NCBI GenBank assembly: GCA_051362555.1 | Contig: CM120641.1 | Coordinates: forward strand, 9,982,001-10,046,000 | Reading direction: 5' to 3' | Length of the DNA: 64,000 nucleotides | Origin: Lingula anatina | Lineage: Eukaryota > Animalia > Brachiopoda | Shown here: in pieces, positions 1 to 12,475 of the stretch | Layout: each line of letters opens with the position of its first letter | How positions within the stretch are numbered: the stretch's first letter is position 1 | The notes under the pieces: generated by a model | Database searches by the model: none | What the model saw: the letters and a program-made list of their open reading frames with translations, nothing else | Told to the model about the DNA's origin: nothing | Translations under genes and position numbers: made by a program

Positions 1-199
1 TTGCCAATCCCACTCGCTCTATATATGTAATAAACCCTCATATCTGTAAGTCGTGCCAATATATCCGCTTGAGAACATCCCATTTTCTTCATTTATATAT
101 AAACCTGCATATTAAATTGGTTTAATATATACGTGCTCAAAATCGTTGACATCGACAAATTGCACGCCTCCGGCCAACCATAAAGCAACTCAAAGACGC

Positions 200-1792
200 G
201 TACGTTCTTATCAGCTCTTTCGGATTGATGAGTTTTATGACTGCTCACCATAACGATTGTACAAGGTAAGAAGACAAACTAGTTATTCGAGTTGGACAAG
301 GTCATTCTTTCAATGTGTTCAGCTCTCGGTTGTAGAGGTAAGAATACCTATGCCAGGAGGTGGTCTCATTAATGTTCCTGTGTAATGACCGGGTAGGATG
401 GGGAAACCTATAAATACGTCACGACCATTGTTTGTTTGAAGCCCAAAACGTGAAAGTGTCGTAGTCATGTGGTATTACAAGGTTTGAGATGAACGCGTTT
501 TCCCCTTCAGCAAGGTAAGGTGTGTAGGTATTTTCTACAAAACGATTTACGTTTTGGGGTGTTCTCTTGTATAAATTCTTAACTTTTATCCATTTGAAAA
601 TACAAGTTATTTACTACACAAAGAATAAAAAGCACCGCTGCTGCTCATTGCGTTCCGTGGAGACACAAACCGTGTGAATTACCGCAGCGACTGATGCATA
701 TTCGCTTTCCCAAATATCCCAGAATTTGAACAGACTATTCCATTAGTACCCCCAGGTCCCGTTTAGTAGGTTGCACACTGCACTCTGTCGATATAAAAAG
801 CTTCTGTTTCCATTCCCATAAGGCATTCCATACATATGATTAATGCGATTAAGGTACAGCCAGCAATTTACAAATGGCGAGGTATAACGATTTTCTACAT
901 TTTGGGTCGAAGCGAGGATGGGGCAGATGTTCCCGTTGCAAATTATCTGTACATGTTAAGGGCGAGTAGATTTTGTCGACACTCTTTTTACCGAGAGTGT
1001 TATTGATCGTTGTTGTGAATGTAATTCATGGACGAGACCCATGTTAAAATGATCAGATGACGTATGGTTAAGCCCAAGCAGATGCCCCCTTGACAGAGTA
1101 TTATCTTGCACAGCTGCTAACCCGAGATAAATGCTTCCCTACAAATGGCGGCTTTATTGTTCATTAGTGTCCAGTCGGCGTAATTTATTCTATCTAATAA
1201 CGTATGTAAATGCGGGTTACCGAATTTGGCATAATGCATTCACACAAATGACACTTCTGGATTTTGTAATCAGATATTACGTGGAGACGTGGTTTGAAAG
1301 AAAGGGAAGACGCTTTGGTCTGTTGAAGATGGGTCGGGATGAAACGGTAGCCTAATCGACGAAGCATATCCAGACACTGAGATATTGCGTTTGTGGTTTA
1401 ATCAAAAGATTTCTTTCTACATGTCAACTACTCTTTATCGCTTTATCTTTTCAGGTTTTGGAACGCGGTGCGGTCGCAGCCCCTACCGATTCCTCAAGCG
1501 ACACACTAGGACGACAGCGTCTTTCTTCGTGTTAGTGTTGCTTCACAAGGCACAGCAGTGGCTTATTGAGAGAGAAAGAAGCAAGGAATCCATGTTAAGC
1601 ACAACTTATATACGTGTGGCTACCCATCTTTGTATGGAGTACCCTTATCATTCTTCGTCCACCATAATTTGCATGTCAAACTGCTGACGTGTGTCAGAAC
1701 TGTGTGTGTGGAGCGCAAACGTGGCGGTGAATGTAATATGTACATAGTATGTGGGACGAGTTGAATGGTTAGGTATATATGCATGTGCTGTG

Positions 1793-1827
<35 letters not shown>

Positions 1828-1850
1828 AGGGAGAGAGAGAGGGGTGCACG

Positions 1851-1884
<34 letters not shown>

Positions 1885-4671
1885 GACGCAATGGATAGAA
1901 TTTATGTTTATGAAATTTGGGTAGATTGAGTGTCGTTTCTTTATTATTCGCAAGTTGCCAGTTACAAATGTATGTAGTACGACAAATAGTTTAAGTAGTT
2001 AGTACGGTAGACCATTAACAATGTCGCATTATTTGGCACCTTCGGTTTTTTTCTCACAGTGGAGATGAGGTACAAACGCGCGATTGATGCAGAAACGACG
2101 TTTGTATAAAGCGTCCGTTACGTTTATATATTTCAACAAACAAACTAGCTCTTTCAAGAGAAGACACGATAAGAGAAGCCATTTGACAAATTAGCTGCTG
2201 CCACGGCAACTCTCAGCTCTTCAGGTCTGTAGTAGTAGGCTTGTGGTATGACAAGATCACTTCAATAACGCTCCCGGTTCCCTGACTGAAACCCATCAAG
2301 TGAAGAGGAGTCATGCCAAGTTAACGTCTTTATGTGATTGTTTCCAGTGATATGAAATGACGTGACATCTCTTTTTCTCTTGTCACTAATGAGATGTTGA
2401 TGGAACATTTTTTTTCAGACAGAAGTGAGGACCGGTGGTGAAGAGGCTGGACTGCGGGGTCATTACCTAGACGCTTCCGGCGCATTTCCCCTTTGTCAAG
2501 ATGACAAGTTATAATTATTTGTCATGCTCATGTCGTCTTTATTTTTTTCTGATCTTTAGATTTCATAATATGAAGTGCAGGTCGCGTGTTAAGGACGTCG
2601 GGGGGGGGGGGGGGTAATTTATTCAACATTCAACATTGAAGATTGGTTTGCTACAGGTTGGTTTGCAGTCATTGGGTCTATTCGATGTTATTTTTTCTTA
2701 CTTTGAGAACGTGATGACATGGCGTCGACCACCGCAAAATTTGATTTTTTTATGAGGACGAGGCAACGAAGGGTGTTGTGGAATAATATTAAGTTTCAAG
2801 GTGCAAAAATCTGTCACTCTTATATAGGTTGCCACCTTTTTGATGTTGGACTTCATTACTAATCGTGTTTTGGTTTTTAACAATCACGTTCGTTTGAAAG
2901 ACAGTGCAATTGACAAAACGGTTTTGTAGTATATACAAATATGACTGGCCCTCAAGTATGATGAAGCAAAAACTTTTGGTCACTATTTGTTTGGAGGGGA
3001 GAACAACATTAAATTTCAACCCCGCACCAACAGTCTCGCTGTTTGTTTTTTGCTGTCTTCACGCGCGGTGCCTCTCGTCTCCAAGCAGTGTAAGGACCCA
3101 GTATACAGGGCGGCGTGTTTCTCGCCCGGCCTTGAGTCGTGTGCTTGGCACTATGTCAGTTAACTGACAGTTTAGATACCATCCGACTGCCTAACGAGCC
3201 GAGAAGAACATTCAATCAACCTTGCTCGGCAGTCACTGTCATAAGCGAGGCTTTCAAACATTGCATATATATCTTCTGAGTCACCGGCAAAAGTGTAGTT
3301 TGGCGGGAGAGTGGGGTGGTTCTGTATTATTAACTACTGGCTTGTTGGTAGCTGAAATGAGCAGTGATGCGTATGACATTGTCCTGTATATCTTGTTCTC
3401 TCTGTAGAAAGTGGGTGCACAGTGAATTTGTTGATTGATCATTGGGTCTTGATTTGGAAATGGACGAAAATGAACGTGAAATATCTTGGAAGCAATTGGC
3501 CAGTAATCTTTGTTGAGATTGGATGTTTTGTCCTAGCTTGTCCATTTGGAGGGACCGCGTCTGCACTGCCTTTGGATGGACTCCAATCATGTCACGTTTC
3601 AAGAAACTGATGGACCCTTAAGACTGTCCCTAACGGTAAGAAAAGCCTCCCCTTGCGACTTTGGGGCCTTTAATTTTTCTTCCATTCATCTATAAGTTTC
3701 AGACAGATTCTCAATAAGTTTACAGGGTAGCCCGTCCACAAGGACTTCAAAACCAACACATATCTTGATGAAGGCAAATGAATCACTTCCCTAGGAGAAC
3801 ATTAACAGCGGCAAAAATGGCCATAGATGATGGATCACTAAAGCTCGGAAAATGGCGTCCCAAGTGACCCTTTTTTTTCAACATTTTCCGTTGTGGCAGC
3901 TTTTGGTGAAATTGCCCCTTTTGTAAGGGAATAGCTGTGAAATATACTGGTGTTTTGGAAAGTGTTTTGCTAGTAGCTGGGTGGTAGTATGTGTGCGTGG
4001 GAGGGAGGGTCGGAAATGGTCATCATTGTCATTGCTATGCATGTGAATGCAGCAAGTCGTATTTTACTATCTTTATACATTTATCAGCAAAATGCATTAA
4101 GTGACGATAACAGAAAAAAAAACTGTCGTCGCTCAAATGTTTTGGTGCACGAATTTTGTTTTTCATTACGGTTAAGTGCTTTTCAGAAGAGACAACGGTT
4201 GCATATCAATCGCGTTCGACAATATAGTTAATGATATTTGAAAGTCATTACAAAAGAAAATAAAGCTGGCGTCGTGTATCAGTAATGACTATTGTTTGTG
4301 GATGGGAAAACACATTATGTGATAGAAAAAGAAAACTGTACCCTTCTTTACTAAATACCATTTGTTACATGATAAACCTATCTGTTGACTTGCCAGTAAC
4401 AAGATATTCACGCAGGTCCTAATTTATGCAATCATGTTATCGGCGCTGCGTTGATAAAACAAATTGGTAACACGTTTAATGGCGCGTGGAAAATGAGTCG
4501 AAGCGATTGGTGTGGAGATTGTCAATGTTTGCGTGTGTTAGATGCAAAGTATTGGTAAATGTGAAAGTGTTCCAGTAATGATTTGCATAATAAGTGGCAT
4601 CCATTGCGCCTGCCTTGCTCTGCACGCACGCGGCTCCATGTGAACGTTACGTCATGTCATAGTGTTAGAGA
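200..4671 (+). ncRNA. putative structured non-coding primary/host transcript region upstream of mir-184
   Basis: No credible ORF. Visibly richer in GC and CpG than the rest of the window, with many local stems whose G-U pairs favour the + strand, the same strand as mir-184. Transcript boundaries cannot be determined. Confidence 0.45.
1795..1883. repeat. compound (TG)n/(AG)n microsatellite
   Basis: Direct reading. Confidence 0.95.
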
Positions 4672-4755
4672 GTTGCCACGTTTCCTTATCACTTCTTCTC
4701 GCCCGGTCTGTACTTGAGGAACTGGACGGAGAACTGATAAGGGCTTGTGGCTAAC
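4672..4755 (+). ncRNA. mir-184: microRNA mir-184 precursor hairpin (mature 3p arm 4723-4744, star arm from 4684)
   Basis: 4723-4744 reads TGGACGGAGAACTGATAAGGGC, the conserved mature miR-184. The 5' arm CCTTATCACTTCTTCTCGCCCGGT pairs with it, and the basal stem is GCCACG/TGTGGC. There is UGU at the loop start and a CNNC motif (CGTC, 4761) ~17 nt after the 3' end. Confidence 0.97.
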
Positions 4756-5368
4756 AAATACGTCGTGCACTATGCGTAAGTTGGTTTCATGAAACAAAAT
4801 TTATATTACTATTTCTACCCGCGCGAGTAACGATTCAAGAACAAGAGCTGTGTTGCGAAAATTAATAAGTATTTTATTGAAGATGACACAAATTGCAGCA
4901 TAAGAAATTTGTGATGTGGGTTTCAGAAAACCAAACGTCGAAAAGGTTATAATGGCAAAAGTGAAATGATAAATGTTTTACAATAATTTTCATTGACAAT
5001 TTTAACCATTGGAAATCAAAACAAGAAGATACATCTTCATAAATACTACGATGTGATCACGTTTTGTGGTGGTTGTTTGGACCAAAACGTCCTCCAGACA
5101 AATATTTGCAATGAATGGTTTTATTTGTAATATCCTGCATTGTTGAATCGAGCGGATGTTACCTGATTAACAGCCATGTCTAAAATACGCTCGAGTTTGC
5201 GATCAATTTAGTCTCTAAAACAATATGGGTTGAATATTGGTAAATTTTTTTACTTATTAAATAACAAGAAAACCCACTTCCAACAAACATTTGCATACTT
5301 CATAACATCGCCAAAGCGCCGGGTTAGTGTGGCCATATTTTTACATGGTTTATGACATTAAAAAAGTA

Positions 5369-5954
5369 TTAAAGCCCCAGAATTTTGACATTTTATTCAT
5401 ATATTTTTAAAGTCTAGAACTGCAGACAGAAGTACAATTGCAGTTGTAGTTATTTGTTGGCATATTTTTCATTTCAAAACTATAGTCTTCAAATTGTTGA
5501 AGATAAAATTTTTCACTGACGCGCAAGCGAGCTTATTTGTAAAATATGTAAATGCATCTCCACCGTCTAATAGAAGATGCAATTAGTAAGAAATATATCA
5601 AGTTTTCAAGTGTTATAGTTTACAAGCATCGAGCGATATTGCACAAGAAGAAAACATTTTACTGGAAGTAACTTATTTCATTTTTATTCTTACTTTTTCA
5701 GATTGACTGTTTTGTGATTGGAATTTCTATGAAATTTTGGCTGTCACATGAGACAGCTTATTTTAAAATTTTTACTTGATAACCGCAAATTTTGTGTTGG
5801 AGCCCTACTTTTTCATTTGTCGCAACAACGGTCATTTCTGTTGTGGCCAGTGAGCTGCCCAAGCCCCATTTTCTAGTTTAACCAATGGTTCAATGAATTT
5901 TGTAAAAATTTGAATTTGAAACAAAACTATAAATCTCGATGTATCGGGCTTCAT
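5369..5954. mobile_element. possible decayed TTAA-type (Kolobok-like) non-autonomous element
   Basis: TTAAAGCCC at 5369 and its imperfect reverse complement GGGCTTCA near 5946-5953; no other support. Confidence 0.25.
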
Positions 5955-6560
5955 GTCAATAAAAAATAGACATTTTTTAATAATTGTCAACAGTTGTTCA
6001 TGCTGTATATGCTAGTTAGGCCTACTTAATTAAAATCACGTGTAAAAATGTAATATATTTTGCAATATATTTCAAGAAATAAGAAAATAAATAATGTATA
6101 TATATAAAATCAAAAATAATATAATAAGACAGTAAAAAGAAAAGAAAAAAAGAATAGAATAAATTATAGACTATAAAAGTCTCGTAAGCTTTGAATCTCA
6201 CGTTAGCAACCGTTACTTTTATCGGAACGAATAAATAAATAGATATAAAAATTAGAGATTAAGTTATATGTAATTTGGATTCACAAACGAGGAGAGGTGA
6301 CAAAGATTTACAATGTTATTTTAAATGAGTAAATTGACAGGCCCTTGAATAATAAAACAATGTTAAGTTGAACTTAAGAGGTTCGAAATCGACTAGAAAA
6401 ATTAGTCTCATTGTTTACCGAGGCAATTTTTATGACTGGAATAACCCTTTTTTTAATCTAGGTTTGCCGTTTTATTTTGAACACAGAGCAAAGCTTAGAT
6501 ATAGAAATTCTTGCTTCGTCTGTGCCTCTTGCGGTAGTAATACTTTCACCCCCCCCCCCC

Positions 6561-6609
<49 letters not shown>

Positions 6610-7197
6610 AAACTTATTTGTATACTTTCATCGTTGATTGGCAGCCCTTTGTTTCTTTCGCAGTGATATCTTGGATGTCATAATGACGCCGCGGAAACAG
6701 CAATTTATTAATCAAAATTATTCTTGATCGGCAAGTGTCTGGATTTCAATCTTCTCAAAGTGTAAATTATTACCTGTAAATTAGTAGGTTAATGATGGAA
6801 TGTTCTAGCATGACAGAAAATGCGCAAACAAATATCCATACACCTCTTCAACTGGCAGCGTGTGTATTTTGCAAATGGCAAATCCAATCTTTCTTAACTT
6901 AAAGCATGCTAGACCGTTAAAAAAGCATGCTCGCTTTCAAGTAGTTGCACATCAAATGCATTTTTACACTCTCCTTTTCTGTGTAGTGCATACATAAAGA
7001 CGAAAAACGAAAACGGGTCAAAAGTCCACAAGAAAATAATGTCAAACTAGAGCTTGAAATAGTAGAGCTTTATTTCAGTGGGACTTCGTTCCTTTCACGG
7101 CTTTTTGTGACTAGACGTGTCAACTTGCTTTTAATGATGCTCATAGACGCGCGAAACTAGGTTAAAATAAAATGCAGAATACTCGCTATGCTCAAGT

Positions 7198-7228
<31 letters not shown>

Positions 7229-9335
7229 CATGGCCGGATCAAGTCGTTAATTTGCCTGTGTCACTGCATTGGTGCACGTTGTCTTTACGTTCTCAATTAT
7301 TCCAACAGTAAGTGGTCTCATGACTCTTGGGATTCTAAAATTTGGATTTGTTTCCTTGCTCAAGATTTCTCTTCAATCAATATTCTAAATGAAATTACCC
7401 CTATAATGAGCAATATATGAATCAGTTTGTAAAATAGACGCAGTTACAAGCGTAAAATGCCCTTGTTTAAAACGATCTATATGTTGTATGTACCTCATCC
7501 TTTTTTTCCCATTTACGCCCTTTCGCAACTTTCACAACTTCAGGGTATGGTTTAAGTCAATCGAGTATCCTTTACCTTTATGGGAGACTAAGCGTGAACG
7601 CATATTTCTAAGTTTTTACAATTAAAATAATTTAGATGTTTTTTAACGTGGCATGTTAAGGTATGTAGTCAACGTAACGCTAACCAGGTCAAAACTCACT
7701 TAATTAAATAAATCGCCGACTTCCCGAATCGAATATGGAGAAAAATGACAATACCAAAGGCAATTTTTTAATTTGGTTTCGTGCCTGATCAAAAGTGCTT
7801 TAGCTTATTAAGCAAATTTCCGAAAAACCATAAACTGCTAAATGCCAGTAATCAATTTGACCAATGATGGAACTTTGGAAAGCGGACGATACCCAACGCC
7901 CTCATAAATTATTTTACTTCAAATCGTGGCATTTATTTAGATGGGGCCCTTGTAATAATACGTCGCAACGTAATGCATCCGTAGTTATGCCAGATCCAAG
8001 AAAAATAACCGCTTTTCAGACAGAAACAAAAGAAAAATAGTCGTTGTTAGCAGTGAAAATGCAGTTTTATATACTTCATCAAACGTGTTTCTGTAACCCT
8101 TACTCAACCGAGACAAATGAGAAGGCAACCAGACTGAGTTTGCAAATAACAAAACCCCGATTGTGTGTAGTGCCAAGCACAACTTGCCACCGCCTGAACT
8201 GAATTCATTTCTTATAAAATATTGCAGGCGAATATTATAATGCTCTGATTTTGGAAAGTTAGATACTTGCCATCTTGCACACGTTCAAATAAAATGAAAA
8301 ATATTAAAAAAAGAACAAAGTGGTTTTTGAAGGTAGTATTAGTACTGGTTAGCAAGAAAGCACTCTAAACTGGTTCTGAACATTATTGATTGAAATTCAG
8401 TGTTCCTACAAATTAAGCCGAAAGAAAGTTACATGTACCGGGAAATTGGTCTTCATTACATTTTAAAATCTCGAATGATAATTTATAACACTTGATAATC
8501 TACTCCGTTCATTCTTCATATAACGCACTCAAATCACGTGTTCAAAGAAGTAGATTTACCAAGCAAAAATTTGAACAAATTATCTTCGGCTGGCTACTAT
8601 CAAAAACATTCTCAAAGACAAATATCACCTTTTGACAACAATTAAATGACAATTCACCAATAACTATACAATAATGACGACAAGCTGGAGCTTACTTCGT
8701 GATTGATGAAATCCTTACCATTTAACAACACCTACAAACTTTTATTCTTTTCCGGAAACTTTATTCAAAATGTATCATCGCATAAAATTAACCAGGTGGG
8801 CTTTCAGCAAACTTTGTGTAACAATATAAATAAACTCCCTCATTTCAATGTTACAATATGCAACAAAATACGGAAACCCACAAAGATTTGGCATGACAAT
8901 TATGTATTTAAACCGTCTTCTCATAAGTAGTATTTACAAATGGTACTGATCAAATCCACATTTAATGATTATTACAACTAGCAAAAGAAGTAAGACTAAG
9001 GCATTGGCATAACCTACCAAAGTAACTACTTCATTTTAAATGAAGTGTTCCATCGTATCATTTAACGGTTCCTTTCTTGGAATTATCCTTAATTTTGGTT
9101 ATTATTCAAACATTCGTGCAGTCATGTCTTTCTTATAAAACACTAATTTTTCCAAATCAATTCTCATTGTTTCTCAAGTATGCTTCACCACATTTTAACA
9201 TTCTTTAATTTCCTTGACATGATATTGCCAAATTTCACAAAACATACACGTTTCCAGATATGCACTTAATAGAACAGCTTTCTACGAAACCATGGTTTCA
9301 GCCACTCTAGTCCGATCCAAACCAAGGAGTAGCAG

Positions 9336-12300
9336 CTACTTCTTCTTGCCAGTAAGTCCAGCTCCGGCGTTGAATTTGAAGTGAATGATGTCCCCATCTA
9401 GCACAACGTAATCTCGGCCCTTCTGGAGGTACTTTCCTGCAGCCTGAAAATACACTTGTTTTTACGATTTCTTCATATGAAAAAAAAAAAAAAAAAAAAA
9501 AAAAAATCAGGCGGAAAATGATGCATTTTGATAACTTCCTAATCCACAAAACAGGTTGCTTAAAAATTAGACAGGCAGTACAGCAAAAGAGAAAAATGAT
9601 AAAGTTCTCGTTGTGTGAGTTTTTTAAAATGTTTATTTTTTTATTGTTATCATTATTAATTTATTTACTTTTTTCATCTTTTCTTTTGCATCTCCTTTGT
9701 GAATTGATTCAGATAGCCTACCCATGAGAAAATTTAAATCGTAACAGCTTTAGCCCTTTAAGTCACTATAATACAGTGACAAGAAAAGCCAAGCTAATAT
9801 CTCTGGTCTAGACAGAAACCCGTCCTAATTCTATTAATTTCCTATTTCAAATTATTTCTAGCTTTATTGTTGTAATGAAGCAGGGGCCTGTAACATGCCT
9901 TGCTGTATTTTTGAAAAAGACATAAAATGTGCCAATAATGCCAATAAATTGCCAATAGACAATTTTTTTCCAATTTTTCATTTCCTTAACCCAATTACTT
10001 ACATTAAATAGTGTATCCAGACATTTTTTCTGTACACTAAATCCACTTCATCAGTACACTTTAAACCTTTTAATATCCTTTGTTTGACAAATATTTCACA
10101 ATAATTTTTGTTGTCAATAATGAAAAAAGGGTTATATTATATTCCTCTCCTTAATACATGAATAATATGGTAAAATTGTCTAATAATTTCCTTTGCTGTA
10201 TGTTCAAAGCACTATTTTTTACTTTTTTTGATAAATAGCATGCCATTTGTAGCTTGACAAGCAATTTGCAGTGGAGCAGTTAGTAAATGTGTTTGGTCTT
10301 GTAATACTTTCTCCTTTCAAACTATTTAGCCTCAGCACAATAGTTTTCAATTTTTAAAGAAATTTTTTTTTTTTTGAAACAACTGCAAAATATACAATAC
10401 TTCACTCATTATTTGGGTAGATACAGTAAACATGTTTATTGGATGAAAGGAAATTATCTCACAACTGAAACCTCCAAAGCATCCATTCACATAAAAACTT
10501 AATTTTGATATTTATTTAATCATGCCATGCCTTCAGAGAAATATATGCATCCACAATTAGAAAATTCCACTTAAAGAGTTCAGAGGAGGCCAAATTTCAA
10601 AGAATTTTCTTTCCTGTTTTTATTTTTTGCCAAACCATGTCCTGACTACATGAGATTTTCCTTTGAGGTTGGCCCGTTTTAGAAGATGAGGTGTCAAGCA
10701 GGCACACCTGCTGTCGGAGTTACGTGATGTGACACCACTCGTTCATGCCAGGAAAAACAAACGACAGACATTGTGCCTTCCTTACTGTGCAAATTAAACA
10801 ATTTCACATACATTGTAAAGCTAGCAAAAATGTTGAATTTTCAATTTAGTTACTCAAGGTGAAATACACCAGAACTTCAGTTACAGAAATGTATTATTTT
10901 TTTCTTTGATTATTCATCTAAAAACTGAAATAATTCATTATACTGTAACTAACAGAATAAATAGCAACAGACAGAACAAGACTAAAAGTACGGGGATATT
11001 TTGGGAACCTTTTGACATTAATCAAGTAACTTATTGTAACAGTATCACATAATTAAGCACACTAAACCTCAAATTCAAGTACCTCATCAGAGATAAATCC
11101 ATCAGCATATTTAGTGAATCTCATACAAGTATATCATTACTGTTAAAATACATGAAGTTAACTTATCAAGAATATATAACAAGGATGTCCCTAAATAGTA
11201 AAAGAATAGTGCCCTGGCACGCAGCTTATTTTATATCTTGGGTTTACCCTTTCTTCAAGTCTGTGTTAAACAATATGCAATGTATTTCGTAAAATCATCA
11301 ACTAGATTCAGAGCAAGCTGAACCCTACCTTGACTGCATTTTCACTGCCCAATTCCTTGAAATCATCAAATTTCATCACCTCAGCCATGATGAAGCCTTT
11401 TTCAAAGTCAGTGTGAATTTTTCCAGCCGCCTGAGGTGCCTTGGTGCCTTTCTGAAAGCATGAAAATTTCTTAAGATAAGTTTGTGTATTTAATACATCA
11501 TCTCATCACAAATGGAATTTTCGAATATCAATTCATCAATTCAGCATTCTTGACATTTCAGTAACCAGTGATTTCATGTCAATCAAATTGGGAATACACA
11601 ATAAACATTAAAAATTTTTAAGTAATAAGGATGTTAAAATTTAAATAATAATAATAATAATAAAGGTAAAATCAAACAATCATCAAAAAGAGTAACATTT
11701 TTACACAACTAATTCAACAAAAACAGTTTTAAATGAAAAAAAAAAAATTTGCATTACATAATGTGTGCATGCGTGTGTGTGTGTGTGTGTGAGCACACCT
11801 GCGTACACGTCTGCATTAAAAATTTTGCTAGAAAATGAGCTGAGGACTTTACTCAGTCTTCAACTTTTAGAGCTTATAATATTATTTTAATTTTTTTCCA
11901 TTTTATTTTCACACTAAATACAAAAAGAAAATTAAAATAAGAAAAAACATGCCACTGGAATTTCCCAGCAGTTGGAACTGTGCATGTCCAGTAATCATTA
12001 ACTTTAGATTTTTGAAGTGTTAGACAAATATCTGTCACCACAAGACAAGTGTTAACTATGCTATTGCATGCAAGGACCATAAAACTTCTCTTCATATTGA
12101 CAGTGCCTGAAACGCATCTCTTACATAAATTTTAAGTTTTTATTACATGGTGTTTATCACTATTATATAATAACTTGCATGTAACTGACTAAATCTGTGC
12201 ATTAATATTTGTCGTAAATCTGTGCATTAATTATGTTCGTATCCCTCGTTGATAAATGTAGTTTTCACCAAATGGTACCAATGCCCTTGCAAGAGAATTC

Positions 12301-12439
12301 TAGTATGGTAATGGCAAAATAAGGAGTTTCCCTGTAAATTCTGTGGGGGTCATAAATTTCCAATCTTCAAAGTGTTTTCATTTTCTAAAGTGTCTACACA
12401 CAAACAATGCATGCACCCCCCCCAGCCCCCCCCCCCCCC

Positions 12440-12475
<36 letters not shown>

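Noticed and set aside
1116-1124. CTAACCC as a telomerase RNA template
   Set aside because: Only 7 nt match (next bases GAG), shorter than a usable template, and no pseudoknot or H/ACA domain was recognised.
1952-1972. AAGTTGCCAGTTACAAATG resembling miR-22/745
   Set aside because: Seed mismatch and no supporting precursor hairpin.
1131-4231. Short ORFs of 60-100 aa in the first 4.3 kb
   Set aside because: No recognisable domains, several start at non-ATG codons or run through microsatellites, and no consistent exon chain could be built.
6368-7420. Poly-lysine ORFs
   Set aside because: Artefacts of poly-A tracts.
9282-9345. Stop-codon readthrough of OLA1 (TAG CTG, 17 further codons, small hairpin over the stop)
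   Set aside because: Context is not the strong UGA-CUAG type and the extension has no targeting signal; cannot be supported without conservation data.
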